A DNA stretch of 64,000 bases from positions 1 to 64,000 of IMG/VR virus record IMGVR_UViG_3300030090_005562; one strand, written 5' to 3'. The DNA comes from a virus. Below, in pieces: positions 18,957 through 29,576 of this stretch (positions are counted from its first letter, which is position 1; every line of letters begins with the position of its first letter). Under the pieces are notes generated by a model. That model did not search any database. It saw only the letters and a program-made list of their open reading frames with translations, and was not told the origin of the DNA. Made by a program: the position numbers and the translations under genes.

Positions 18957-20146
18957 AAGTTTTGTACCTTGGCTGCTATAGGGATGGCACAGGCTGGGCA
19001 AACGCAGCGATAAATTATATACTGTCACTAGACGCGGCTGGGGTTGAGGTTGCCCCTAGATTTATAAAGCTAAATGACAGGAATGCCGAAATTCCAAAAA
19101 GAATTGAACTGCTAGAAAAAAACAGCGATAAAAATTGCGATGTTGTAATACAGCACATTCTTCCGCATCAAATAGATTATAGGGGAGAATTTGATAAAAA
19201 TATATGCTTGTACGTGGCAGAAACCGATAACTGCAAAAATAGCGCTTGGCCAGACAGGATAAATTTAATGGACGAGGCTTGGGTTCCAAATCACCACCTT
19301 GCAAAAGATTTTTGCACAAACAGCGGCATATCGACCAAGCATTTTATTGTGCCCCATGCATGCGATGTATCAAAATACCAAAAGTCATACAACAAATTAG
19401 AAATTCCTCACTTAAAAAATAAGTTTGTCTTTTATTATGTAGGAGAAATAACTAGAAGAAAAAATATAGGCGCTCTAATGAAAGCGTTTCATTTAGAATT
19501 TGAGAAAAATGAAAACGTAGCACTACTTATAAAAGGCCATATTCCAGGACAATCTGCTGGGCAAGCAGAAGAATATTTAAGAGACATGTCTAATAAAATA
19601 AAAGACGGACTAAAAATACACAGGAGCCACTCTAGCCATCATCAGGAAGTTTTTATCTGCGACTATTTGCCTGAAGAGCAAATATTTGACATACACAATA
19701 CGTGCGACTGTTTTGTTTCCTCGAGCTTTGGAGAGGCGTGGGGGATACCAATCTTTGACGCAATGTCCATGGGTAATACGCCTATATCTTGCGATAACGG
19801 AGGCCCATCCGATTTTTTAAGTCAAGGCGGCGGCCTGCTTACAGAATGCAGAAAAGAGCCCTGCTTTGGTGTATTTGATAGTTTTGACGACCTTTATACA
19901 GCAAAAGAGAATTGGTACTCAATAGACATTAATTGCCTTAGAAAAAATATGCGTGAAATTTTTGAGGACTCTGACAAAAGAGAGCGGATTGCCTCCGTGG
20001 GAATACAGACCGCGTACAATTATTCCTACTCAAAGGTTGGCTCAATAATGAAAAATACTCTTGAAAATACAAATAAGCAATATTTCAATCAAGGCAATGA
20101 TATACTACAAAAACACTCAATAGAAAAGCTAATAACACATGCCTAG
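18953..20146 (+). CDS. GT4-family glycosyltransferase
   Basis: DEAWVP, RRKNI, GEAWGIPIFDAMSMG. Confidence 0.85.
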   Translation: MKVLYLGCYRDGTGWANAAINYILSLDAAGVEVAPRFIKLNDRNAEIPKRIELLEKNSDKNCDVVIQHILPHQIDYRGEFDKNICLYVAETDNCKNSAWPDRINLMDEAWVPNHHLAKDFCTNSGISTKHFIVPHACDVSKYQKSYNKLEIPHLKNKFVFYYVGEITRRKNIGALMKAFHLEFEKNENVALLIKGHIPGQSAGQAEEYLRDMSNKIKDGLKIHRSHSSHHQEVFICDYLPEEQIFDIHNTCDCFVSSSFGEAWGIPIFDAMSMGNTPISCDNGGPSDFLSQGGGLLTECRKEPCFGVFDSFDDLYTAKENWYSIDINCLRKNMREIFEDSDKRERIASVGIQTAYNYSYSKVGSIMKNTLENTNKQYFNQGNDILQKHSIEKLITHA

Positions 20147-21152
20147 TTTAGTTCAAACTGTATTAAGAAATGCCACAAGAAAATCAGGCGAACCAATAAA
20201 TATATTGACGTTCCCAACGCACGAAAGATATCAGTGGAATATTAGTAAAACTGGTCAAAATTTCTATCTTTGGCAGGGTGAAGGAATAAAGCCGTGGAGA
20301 GGGGATTATGCAAAAGTGCCACAAGGAACAGTGCTTTTAAACCCTGAGAATGGCTCCAATCAAATACCTCCAGAGGTTGACCTTGATTTGGTTTTAAGCC
20401 AAAATAAATTTGGGCAGTTTGAAATAGCAAAACAAATAGCGTCTCAGCTTGCCTTGCCTCTAGTAAGCATAGAACACACCCTGCCTATGGAGTCTTGGAA
20501 TGAGCAGCAATTGATTCAACTCTACAATATGAAGGGCGACGTAAATATTTTCATATCTGATTACAGTAGAAAAAGATGGGGATGGAGAGATGATGAGGCC
20601 CTTGTTCTTCATCATGGAATTGATTCCGTTGAGTTCTCTCCAGGCGAAAATGTAAAAAGAGAAAAGGTTGCTCTTTCGGTTGTTAATGATTGGATTAACA
20701 GAGATTGGTGCTGCGGGTTTAATCTGTGGAGACAAATAACTGAGTATCCAGAAAGCAATTTTCCCGTTGTAGTGCTAGGTGATACTCCAGGCCTTTCTAA
20801 ATCAGCTAAATCTACTGAGGAGCTTATAGAAACTTACAGGAAAAGCCTAGTGTTTTTAAATACATCTTTAATATCTCCTGTGCCAACATCGTTACTTGAA
20901 GCGATGTCTTGTGGCTGTGCGGTAGTTAGCACGGCAACCTGCATGATACCAGAAATTATAGAAAACGGTAAAAACGGTTACATATCAAATGACCCAAATG
21001 AGTTGCGAAAATTTGTTAAAAAGCTTTTAGATGACGAAGAGCTAGCGATAGAGTTGGGTAAAAATGCACGGCAGACAATAATTGATAACTTCTCTTTAAC
21101 TGATTTTGTCAGTAATTGGAACCAAATTTTTTATGGAGTATTGAATGAGTAA
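20139..21152 (+). CDS. GT4-family glycosyltransferase
   Basis: HGIDSVEF, PTSLLEAMSCG, PEIIENGKNG. Confidence 0.88.
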   Translation: MPSLVQTVLRNATRKSGEPINILTFPTHERYQWNISKTGQNFYLWQGEGIKPWRGDYAKVPQGTVLLNPENGSNQIPPEVDLDLVLSQNKFGQFEIAKQIASQLALPLVSIEHTLPMESWNEQQLIQLYNMKGDVNIFISDYSRKRWGWRDDEALVLHHGIDSVEFSPGENVKREKVALSVVNDWINRDWCCGFNLWRQITEYPESNFPVVVLGDTPGLSKSAKSTEELIETYRKSLVFLNTSLISPVPTSLLEAMSCGCAVVSTATCMIPEIIENGKNGYISNDPNELRKFVKKLLDDEELAIELGKNARQTIIDNFSLTDFVSNWNQIFYGVLNE

Positions 21153-21630
21153 AGTTAATTTAATTTACGGCGCTGGCGATGTAATGGAGACGCATATTAA
21201 CATTAATCCGTTTGCAGATAATCCGGACGGAAATATCCTGATAAGAGCAGACATAACAAATCTCGACAAGCACGTTGATGACGGAGAGCTTTATGAGCTT
21301 AGGGCTGTTGATGTGATTAATTACATCGAAATTGATAAGGTTGAAAGCACAATAAATAATTGGTGCCAGAAAATAAGGCTTGGAGGTAAAATTATTATAG
21401 GCGGAATTGACTTAATGGAGGTCTGTAAGTCTTTCTCGGAATATAAATCTGATTTAACAGAGGCTAATATTTTATTGCATGGCTCACAAGAAAAACCATA
21501 CTTGATAAAACGCTCAAGCTTTACGTCTCTTGGATTGTCAGATTATTTGCAATCAAAATTTAATTTTACAATAATCAAAAAAAGAATTAATTCTTACAAA
21601 ATGATTATTGAAGCTAGGAGAGAAAAATGA
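21145..21630 (+). CDS. Truncated/degenerate class I SAM methyltransferase-like protein
   Basis: NLIYGAG, DITNL, DVINYI, KIRLGGKI resemble type-11 methyltransferase motifs. Confidence 0.55.
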   Translation: MSKVNLIYGAGDVMETHININPFADNPDGNILIRADITNLDKHVDDGELYELRAVDVINYIEIDKVESTINNWCQKIRLGGKIIIGGIDLMEVCKSFSEYKSDLTEANILLHGSQEKPYLIKRSSFTSLGLSDYLQSKFNFTIIKKRINSYKMIIEARREK

Positions 21631-22523
21631 ATTTAAATTTTAATGAGGCGCAGTGGGAGCATCATGCAAAGACAAATAAAATTATTTTTAGCTCATGTAA
21701 GGATTGTGTTTTTTTTAAATCGCCAGACGAGTGTTCTTGTGGTAGACTAGAAAAATTTACAAACATTAGTGTTGATATAGTAGATGACAATAACAATATT
21801 GAGTACAAAGTAATTAATGGAAGAATATGCAATATGTACAGAACTGGCGATTGGCTCAAAGCTTTAAATATATCTGAAAAGCCGAATAGCCATCTTAAAA
21901 AGATAGCCAGAAAAGAAGTTCAAGTAAAATGTAGTTTTGTAATTATATGCGACGATGATGACGAGACGAGAAAAATAACTGATGAAAAAGAGATTAGGGC
22001 AAAATCAAAAGAAAAAATATCGCTGATTGTAGAAACAATGCAAAGCATTTTATCGTCTGCAATAGAGCCAGAAGAAATAATTTTTCTAAATGAGAGCTGG
22101 ATAAAACCGTATGATTTTATAAACTACTTGAGAATACAATGTAAAGAAAACAACATAAAATGTAAATGGAGATTAGAGCATTTTGGAGATTTTTCGGCTA
22201 AAGACTCAAGCAACAGAGACGATAATCTAAAAAATGTTTTAAAGACAATAACCAAAGGCTATTGTTCAATATTTTTTAATGGAGAAATTGTAGGTAAAAA
22301 TTACTTAGAAGGAATAGACTGCAAATTAAATGATGAGTTAAAACCCTTCTTGATAGTAAAACCGAGAGAAGGAATTTCAGGAATAGTTATCAACAGCATT
22401 CTTTTTAAACAATTTTTTTCAAATAAAAATTCCTATACCATCGAGTCATTTATTAAACAAGTTGAGAAAGTAGCCGAGGAGCAAAAATGCCCACACCTGA
22501 TTCAACACCTAGACCAAGAGTAA
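21627..22523 (+). CDS. Hypothetical protein (Cys-rich N-terminus)
   Basis: CKDC...CSC...C, overlap-coupled. Confidence 0.55.
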   Translation: MNLNFNEAQWEHHAKTNKIIFSSCKDCVFFKSPDECSCGRLEKFTNISVDIVDDNNNIEYKVINGRICNMYRTGDWLKALNISEKPNSHLKKIARKEVQVKCSFVIICDDDDETRKITDEKEIRAKSKEKISLIVETMQSILSSAIEPEEIIFLNESWIKPYDFINYLRIQCKENNIKCKWRLEHFGDFSAKDSSNRDDNLKNVLKTITKGYCSIFFNGEIVGKNYLEGIDCKLNDELKPFLIVKPREGISGIVINSILFKQFFSNKNSYTIESFIKQVEKVAEEQKCPHLIQHLDQE

Positions 22524-23221
22524 CGGTTGTAATACCTTGTCATAATCACGCTGACATGGTAGCAAACGCCGTCAGAAGCGTTCTCATTCAGGACTATAGG
22601 CCTATAAAAATATGTATTGTTGATGACGGCTCAACAGACAATCCTCGTGCATCAGTAGAAAGAATCGAAACTGATATAGAAATATCGTTTATAAAAAACG
22701 ATTCACCGACTGGGCCTTCGGCAGCTAGAAACATAGCAATAGATACAATGTGGAATGATACGGATTTCTTTGTTATGCTTGATGCTGACGATTTATACAT
22801 GCAAGGGAAAATATCAAAATCCGTCGAAAAATTTCTAGAATATTCAGAGCATGCTGGAATAGTATATACTGACGCGATAATAAAAAACATAAAAACATTT
22901 ACGGAAGTTCATGAATTTAGACATTATTTTGACAGGGTGGAATTAGAAAAAGAATGCATCATATCCAACACGCCCATGATTTCCAAGAAAGCGTTCGAGT
23001 CATGCGGTGGTTACGATGAAAACATGAGAACCTGCGAAGATTGGGATTTGTGGCTTAGGATAACAGAAAATTTTATGGCTATACACATACCAGAACCCCT
23101 TCACATCTACCATGTAACGGGAAAAAACTCTTCGGATGTTGTTTCCCAGGAAGTTTGGCAAGAAAACTGGGCTAAAATAAGTCAAAGAATAGCAGAAAGA
23201 AGGCATGGCATTAGCGGCTAG
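22487..23221 (+). CDS. GT2-family glycosyltransferase
   Basis: VVIPCHN, VDDGSTD, GPSAARN, LDADD, EDWDLWLR. Confidence 0.92.
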   Translation: MPTPDSTPRPRVTVVIPCHNHADMVANAVRSVLIQDYRPIKICIVDDGSTDNPRASVERIETDIEISFIKNDSPTGPSAARNIAIDTMWNDTDFFVMLDADDLYMQGKISKSVEKFLEYSEHAGIVYTDAIIKNIKTFTEVHEFRHYFDRVELEKECIISNTPMISKKAFESCGGYDENMRTCEDWDLWLRITENFMAIHIPEPLHIYHVTGKNSSDVVSQEVWQENWAKISQRIAERRHGISG

Positions 23222-23945
23222 AAATATAACATCGACTAAGAAGCTATATAAATCAAATTCGTCTGATATAAGCGTCATCATACCAGCGGCTGGCATGGGT
23301 CATAGAATGAAGTCGTATGGGCCTAAGGGCTTAATAAATCTTTACGATGACACAAGTCTGCTAGAAAGGCAGCTAGAATTAATATGGGCAGTATATCCGA
23401 AGGCGGATGTGTTTTTAGTCGTCGGCTTTGAGGCCGAAAAAATAATGTCTAAGCTAGATGATTATCCTGTAAGGTTCATTTCAAATCCAATACACACGGA
23501 CACGAATGTTCTGTACAGCATATCCCTTGCTTTACAAGCGTGCTTATCTAAAGAAGTTCTTATAGTCTATGGAGATTTAATTTTTAACGAATCGTGCATA
23601 AGAAACCTTAGAGGTCGTTCCAGAGTAGTTGTAGAGGATGCAGGAATGATGAAAAAGACGGAGGTTGGAGTTTGTGTGCAAGGGAAAATGGCTATAAACT
23701 TTTCGTTTGGTTTAGACACTAAATGGGCTCAAATATCATATCTTACAGGAAATGAGCTGGATTTATTTAAACATATATGCCTTAAGAGAGAAACCTCGCA
23801 GTGGCTTGGCTATGAAGCTTTGAACTATGTGTTAGAAAATGGAGGAGAAATAGAGGCCGTGCATCAAAAGTCAATGAAAATATTTGAAATAGATTCTGCA
23901 AGAGATTTAGAGAAAATACCAAAAAACAAATTGACGTTTGGCTAG
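23205..23945 (+). CDS. Nucleotidyltransferase (LicC/sugar-phosphate NTP transferase-like)
   Basis: IIPAAGMGHRM...PKGL, YGDLIF, FEIDS. Confidence 0.82.
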   Translation: MALAARNITSTKKLYKSNSSDISVIIPAAGMGHRMKSYGPKGLINLYDDTSLLERQLELIWAVYPKADVFLVVGFEAEKIMSKLDDYPVRFISNPIHTDTNVLYSISLALQACLSKEVLIVYGDLIFNESCIRNLRGRSRVVVEDAGMMKKTEVGVCVQGKMAINFSFGLDTKWAQISYLTGNELDLFKHICLKRETSQWLGYEALNYVLENGGEIEAVHQKSMKIFEIDSARDLEKIPKNKLTFG

Positions 23946-23964
23946 TTTAGGTTTTACAATAGTT

Positions 23965-24282
23965 ATGAGAACTTCTATAGACGTTAGCAAGCTTAAAAGA
24001 AACACAAAAATAATGGTTGAAACTGAGTCAACTGTTTTTGAAATCATTGTCACCGGACCAAAAACTGGGTCTGTGCTGGTTAGCGGAGGTATTGCTTTTG
24101 TAAGACCGACGAAAGCGAAAGTCGTTTGCCTAATCCAAAAGAGAAGGTCAATTGTATTTATGTACAAAAATAAAAACGGCAAAGACGATTCTTTTACAAC
24201 ATCACACGTTTTAAGCGCTACAGTTTCTTCTTCAGACGGTTCGTGGTATTATCACGCAATAGAGAAAAAAGAAAAATCATGA
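23965..24282 (+). CDS. Hypothetical beta-rich protein
   Basis: ORF fills the gap and is ATGA-coupled to the next gene. Start uncertain (23938 or 23965). Confidence 0.5.
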   Translation: MRTSIDVSKLKRNTKIMVETESTVFEIIVTGPKTGSVLVSGGIAFVRPTKAKVVCLIQKRRSIVFMYKNKNGKDDSFTTSHVLSATVSSSDGSWYYHAIEKKEKS

Positions 24283-25271
24283 GAATACTAATTCAACACG
24301 AACATAATGCATCTCACTATATATATACCGGATTAATGCGAGCATTCATATCAGATGGGCATGAATGTGTGTTTTGGGACACAAAATCTACTTGTGCGTT
24401 TGACATTTTTGACAGCTTCGAGCCAGACATGTTTATAGGCCAAGGCTATAATCTAACGAGAGCTATAATCAAATGCATCAAAGAAAGAACCAATATCAAA
24501 GTTCTTTTGAAGGTAGGATGCTGGGGGCCTGTGTGTAAAGACGTTGACACAGAAAAATACCCTATACTACTAAACACCGCCGAAGAAATTAGAAATGTTG
24601 AACAGGTGTCCGATGCTGTTAAAAACCTCGTCCTGTTTAATTATGTTCACCCAAATAGAAAAGACTATCTTATGGGTTCATGGGGGGATGTGGTTGCGAA
24701 AACAATAGGGCTTCTTCCAGCGGCAGATACAAGCCAGTATTTGGCAGGAGAGTTTAAAGAAAACCTGTCTTGTCAAATAGGGTTTGCTGGTGGATACTGG
24801 CCCTATAAAGGACAAAACCTTGATAAATATATAATACCCTTATGCTACCCTGTTGGAAAATATAATATAAAAATATTTGGAAATCAACCTTGGCCTGTTC
24901 CGCAGTATATGGGTTTTGCTGAAGATAAAACAGTTGCTGATTTATTTGCCTCCTCTTTAATATGCCCTAATGTTAGCGAGCCGCATGCAAATGTTTTTGG
25001 ATTTGAGGTCAACGAAAGAGTGTTCAAGCTTGCTGCCTCAAAAGCGTTTTTTATATCAGACCCAATAGCCTCTCTTACAGAGGATATATTTACAAAAGGA
25101 GAAGCCCTTGTTGCAAAAGACGCAGGCAACTTTCAGTCTTTAGTCTCAGATGTTATAAATAATCCTGAAATGAGAGATGCTCATATCTCCTCCTGCTACG
25201 AAACAGTTATGAAAAACCACACATACAAACACAGAATAAAACAAATAATGGAGAGCTTTGAAAATGGATAA
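24279..25271 (+). CDS. CgeB/YkvP-like GT-B glycosyltransferase
   Basis: LPAAD, GFAGG, NERVFK, HTYKHR. Confidence 0.78.
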   Translation: MRILIQHEHNASHYIYTGLMRAFISDGHECVFWDTKSTCAFDIFDSFEPDMFIGQGYNLTRAIIKCIKERTNIKVLLKVGCWGPVCKDVDTEKYPILLNTAEEIRNVEQVSDAVKNLVLFNYVHPNRKDYLMGSWGDVVAKTIGLLPAADTSQYLAGEFKENLSCQIGFAGGYWPYKGQNLDKYIIPLCYPVGKYNIKIFGNQPWPVPQYMGFAEDKTVADLFASSLICPNVSEPHANVFGFEVNERVFKLAASKAFFISDPIASLTEDIFTKGEALVAKDAGNFQSLVSDVINNPEMRDAHISSCYETVMKNHTYKHRIKQIMESFENG

Positions 25272-26241
25272 GGACTCTAAGATATTAGTAACCGGAGCTT
25301 TAGGATTTTTAGGAAGGCATGTGTGTGAAGAGCTTCGCTCCAAAGGTTATTCAAACGTTATCGAATGTGCAAATAGCCACATAACAACGCGTTATTACAT
25401 TGACGGCAAAACTGGAGTTCATCACTGCGACCTAAGAGAGAAAGACTCATGCGGGTCTTTAATCACTCATAATGTTCCAGACGTTGTAATCCATCTAGCC
25501 GCTAGAGTTGGCGGCATTGGTGCAAACCAAGAACATCCAGGCACTTTCATACATGACAATTTGACAATGGGGGTAAACCTTATTCATGCCTGCAAGCACT
25601 ATGTTCAAAAGTTTGTTTTAGCAGGGACCGTCTGCTCGTATCCAAAATATGCAAAGGTTCCTTTTGAAGAACAGTTTATATGGGATGGTTATCCAGAAGA
25701 GACCAACGCCCCCTATGGAATAGCAAAGAAGACATTAACTGTTATGCTTGACGCCTATAGACAGCAATATGGATTAAACGGGATAACAGTTATACCGGTC
25801 AATATGTATGGCCCACACGATAATTTTAAACCGGAAAGCTCACATGTTATACCTGCATTAATTAAGAAAATAGAAGAGGCTGGTGAAAACGGCAGTCTAG
25901 AGATTTGGGGGACCGGTAACGCCAGCAGAGAATTCCTGCATGTTCGTGATTCTGCAAGAGGCATCGTCATGGCTGCTGAATCATATAACGACCCATCTCC
26001 AGTAAACTTAGGCACATATGATGAAGTCAGAATATGCGACCTTGTTCATATGCTAAGAGAGATAATGGGGCATAAGGGGCAGGTTGTATATAATAAAGAT
26101 AAGCCTGATGGTCAGCCTAGAAGATGCCTGCTAACCTCAAAGGCTAAAAGTGAATTTGGATTTTCAGCAGAAATAGGTCTAAAGGAGGGGTTGCAGGAAA
26201 CTGTCGATTGGTATTTATCAAATAAAAAGGTCGCAGTATGA
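25264..26241 (+). CDS. fcl: GDP-L-fucose synthase
   Basis: GALGFLG, LAARVGGIGAN, GTVCSYPK, YGIAKK, NMYGPHDNF, SHVIPALI, WGTGNASREF, KPDGQPRR. Confidence 0.93.
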   Translation: MDKDSKILVTGALGFLGRHVCEELRSKGYSNVIECANSHITTRYYIDGKTGVHHCDLREKDSCGSLITHNVPDVVIHLAARVGGIGANQEHPGTFIHDNLTMGVNLIHACKHYVQKFVLAGTVCSYPKYAKVPFEEQFIWDGYPEETNAPYGIAKKTLTVMLDAYRQQYGLNGITVIPVNMYGPHDNFKPESSHVIPALIKKIEEAGENGSLEIWGTGNASREFLHVRDSARGIVMAAESYNDPSPVNLGTYDEVRICDLVHMLREIMGHKGQVVYNKDKPDGQPRRCLLTSKAKSEFGFSAEIGLKEGLQETVDWYLSNKKVAV

Positions 26242-27155
26242 TAGAATCAGCTTACGCAGTAAAGTCTCATCCATTGAGCATAGTTATATTTTCAAAGGAC
26301 AGGGCGGCGCAACTAGACCTGTGTTTAAAATCTATACACGAAAATCTTTCTAATCTTTCCGAACATTGGAATATATATATAATATATACTTCTAGCTCTG
26401 AAGACTTTAAGAATGGTTATAGGCAATTAATGAAAGAGTGGTACTCAAAGCCTAATGCTATCTACTTTTTGCCAGAAGATAAATACAAAGGATTCAGAAA
26501 AACTTTAGAATACTGCATGAAGCATTGGGAAGAAATGGTTATGTTTTTTACCGACGATGATATAGTCTATAGAAAATTTGAATACCACTATAACATCTTT
26601 ACATGGGCGTCAAAAGCACACTGGCACCAACACGATTCTTTCTGTACATCGCTGCGGCTAGGAACAAACACTTTTGTTCAAGACCAATATACAAATAGCA
26701 ACTGTTTGATTCCTGATGAGGTTATAATGGGTGACGGGCCAGCGAGATTCTGGAATTGGAAGGAGCAACAAAAAGATACAAATTTTGCCTATCCCTTCTC
26801 TGTAGACGGACACGTATTTCCATTTCACATAGCTAAAAGAATGGTAAATAACACTCCAAAATACAATAATCCAAATAGCTTTGAAGGAAAAGCCCAAAAC
26901 TATATACAAGACAAAATAAAAACATTTCCAGACGAGATGTGCTGTTTTGAAAAAAGCTATGTAATAAATACACCGCTCAACAGAGTTCAGGAAACGTGTC
27001 ACAACGGAGCTGGTAAATTTTTTGGAAGCACGCCAGAAGAACTAAACAAAAAGTTTTTGGAGGGCAAAAGGCTGACCCTTGAAGGAATGGACTTTAGCAC
27101 TATTATTGGCGTTCATCAGGAACTTAAATTATGCTGGAATGACAAATGCTCTTAG
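26238..27155 (+). CDS. GT-A-like glycosyltransferase
   Basis: IFSKDRAAQL, FFTDDD, YPFSVDGH, NPNSFE. Confidence 0.65.
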   Translation: MIESAYAVKSHPLSIVIFSKDRAAQLDLCLKSIHENLSNLSEHWNIYIIYTSSSEDFKNGYRQLMKEWYSKPNAIYFLPEDKYKGFRKTLEYCMKHWEEMVMFFTDDDIVYRKFEYHYNIFTWASKAHWHQHDSFCTSLRLGTNTFVQDQYTNSNCLIPDEVIMGDGPARFWNWKEQQKDTNFAYPFSVDGHVFPFHIAKRMVNNTPKYNNPNSFEGKAQNYIQDKIKTFPDEMCCFEKSYVINTPLNRVQETCHNGAGKFFGSTPEELNKKFLEGKRLTLEGMDFSTIIGVHQELKLCWNDKCS

Positions 27156-27772
27156 ACTTTGAAAAACTACTTAAACAATACGACATGAGAATCAGCGGCG
27201 TGCTTCATGTTGGCGCGCACTTTGGAGAAGAATATCTTAGCTATGTAGACAACGGTATAAGCAGAGTGGTGTTCATAGAGCCGTTAAAGGAAAACTTCCA
27301 GGTTCTGGATGACAGGTTTGGAGCTATTGACGATGTTGTACTCATAAATAAAGGGGCCGGAAGCGAGAAGAAAGAGTTAAATATGTATAGGGCTTCAAAC
27401 GATTTAGTATCAAGCTCTGTACTGAAACCTAAGAGACACTTGTCTCAGCACCCAGACGTTTTGTTTGATAGCGGTGAAACAATTATTGAAATAGATAGAA
27501 TCGATAATATGCTGCAAGACATAACCCCATACAACTTCATGAACGTTGATGTTCAGGGTTACGAGCTAGAAGTATTCAAGGGGGCCGGAGATTACCTCGA
27601 TAAAATTGATTTCATCATGACAGAAGTAAATAGGGATGAGGTTTATGAGAATTGCGCGCAAATTGGACAAATAGACGAGTACCTCTTGACATACAGATTT
27701 AAAAGAGTTGAAACTAGCTGGGACGGTGATTGTTGGGGTGACGCTCTATACATTAAGGAGCAAATGCCTTGA
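27146..27772 (+). CDS. FkbM-family methyltransferase
   Basis: HVGAHFGEE, IEP, NVDVQGYELEVFKG, WGDALY. Confidence 0.9.
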   Translation: MLLDFEKLLKQYDMRISGVLHVGAHFGEEYLSYVDNGISRVVFIEPLKENFQVLDDRFGAIDDVVLINKGAGSEKKELNMYRASNDLVSSSVLKPKRHLSQHPDVLFDSGETIIEIDRIDNMLQDITPYNFMNVDVQGYELEVFKGAGDYLDKIDFIMTEVNRDEVYENCAQIGQIDEYLLTYRFKRVETSWDGDCWGDALYIKEQMP

Positions 27773-28692
27773 TTAACATATCCTGTATAAGCGACTCAAA
27801 TTACCTTACATACGGATTAGCGCTAATAGACTCAATCAAGTCAAACACAGAAGAAGATTTTTTAATTCACTATCTTTGCTTAGACGATGAAACAATCTCG
27901 ACGCTTGACTCTGTTGAAAATGTAAAAACATACAATATGTGCTGTATAGAAAAAGACCCAGCGTTTGAAATTTTAAAGAAAAATAACCCGTCAAAGCCTG
28001 GAAACCTATCGCCATTTCACTGGGCTCTAGCGTCTTTCTTCACAAACTACTTAATACAAGAGGTCGGTGTCCCTAGCTGCTTATACTGTGACACAGACAT
28101 ATGTTTTTATGACGACATAAATAAAATATTTGATTCCGCTAAGCTTGACGATATTGGGCTAGTTACACATAAGCATGTACCTCTTGATTATATGCAAAGC
28201 GTAGGTTACTATAATGTAGGGGTTGTGTATTTTAGCGGTTCTGAGAAATCAAAGAAATGCCTAAAGTTTTGGAGAAATTGTGTTGTAGACAAAGACAATC
28301 CTTACGCAGAAAAGTTTGGAACTTGCGGAGACCAAAAATATCTAGAGCTTTTCCCATTTATATGCGATGATGTAAAAATAAATGTGTTAGACCATACAAT
28401 AGGACACGCCGCCCCATGGAACTTCAGTCTGTCTGCTATACACAATAAAAAGTTGACCTGGGACATGGGACCGGCGTTCTTTGACTGTCATGTTACCGGA
28501 GAGCATGAAACAACACAGGATTTAATCTTTATACATTTTTCTCACTTTAGCCCAGATTACGATAACGATGCTTATAAAATAGACTTTGAAGGGGAATGGG
28601 GCAACGTACTTCCTCAGCCTGGAGTAGAGGAAGCATATGACCAATATTTTGAGCTATGCAAAAATACAAAAAGAAAGTATAACATATCATGA
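27769..28692 (+). CDS. GT8-like / nucleotide-diphospho-sugar transferase
   Basis: DSNYL, YCDTD (DxD), YNVG, GDQKYL, APWN, FIHFS. Confidence 0.75.
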   Translation: MINISCISDSNYLTYGLALIDSIKSNTEEDFLIHYLCLDDETISTLDSVENVKTYNMCCIEKDPAFEILKKNNPSKPGNLSPFHWALASFFTNYLIQEVGVPSCLYCDTDICFYDDINKIFDSAKLDDIGLVTHKHVPLDYMQSVGYYNVGVVYFSGSEKSKKCLKFWRNCVVDKDNPYAEKFGTCGDQKYLELFPFICDDVKINVLDHTIGHAAPWNFSLSAIHNKKLTWDMGPAFFDCHVTGEHETTQDLIFIHFSHFSPDYDNDAYKIDFEGEWGNVLPQPGVEEAYDQYFELCKNTKRKYNIS

Positions 28693-29576
28693 ATATCGCC
28701 TTTGGAATGATAGTCTTTAATGGAAACTACGTGCTTAAAGAATGTCTTGAGTCAGTTTATCCATTCGCAAGCCAAATTTTGATTTCTGAGGGGCCAGTAA
28801 AGTATTGGCAAGAGCAGGGAAATGAAACTTCAACTGACGGCACAAATGATATTCTACATGAGTTCTATGACCCAGATAACAAGATTGTTATTGAGCATGG
28901 CCAGTTTGAAGAAAAAAACGAGCAGTGCAACAGGTACATGAAACACATGCGCGACGACACCGACTATATATGGAACTTAGACTCAGACGAAATATTTAAA
29001 CCAGAAGATATACAGCTAGTAATTCAAGCTTTAAAAGATTACAACTTTACCTCCGTTGGATTTAAAAGCTTTTCTTTTTACGGCGGGTTTGACCATTACT
29101 TGACAGGGTTTGAGGAAGACGCTGAATTTCACAGAATAAGAAAGGTATATCCAGGCTCATACTGGTCAACGCATAGACCGCCAACTATAGCACATAAAGT
29201 TCAGCCCACTTTACAAGAGCTTCATTTGTCGTATAATATGTTGGCTAGCTACGGAGTTCGCATGTATCATTATTCATACGTTTTTCCGTGGCAGGTCAAA
29301 CAAAAGGTGCAATACTACAAGTCTGCCGTAAGTCGAGACAATTGCATAGACGATTATTACGAAAAGATATACGAGCCTTGGGTTAATAATCCTGAACTTA
29401 GACAAGAAATAGAAAAAGAGTGGGAGGGTGTACACGAATTCAAACCACAGTACAGAGGACCGTGCTACACAAAAAGGTTTGAAGGACAGCATCCGCCAAA
29501 GATATTGCAAAATATTGACGCTCTTAAAGATAAATTTAACAACCAACTGAAAGATGTGTGGTATGAAAACCTATAA
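28689..29576 (+). CDS. GT2-like glycosyltransferase
   Basis: MIVFN, SEG...STDGT, LDSDE (DxD), HYSY. Confidence 0.75.
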   Translation: MNIAFGMIVFNGNYVLKECLESVYPFASQILISEGPVKYWQEQGNETSTDGTNDILHEFYDPDNKIVIEHGQFEEKNEQCNRYMKHMRDDTDYIWNLDSDEIFKPEDIQLVIQALKDYNFTSVGFKSFSFYGGFDHYLTGFEEDAEFHRIRKVYPGSYWSTHRPPTIAHKVQPTLQELHLSYNMLASYGVRMYHYSYVFPWQVKQKVQYYKSAVSRDNCIDDYYEKIYEPWVNNPELRQEIEKEWEGVHEFKPQYRGPCYTKRFEGQHPPKILQNIDALKDKFNNQLKDVWYENL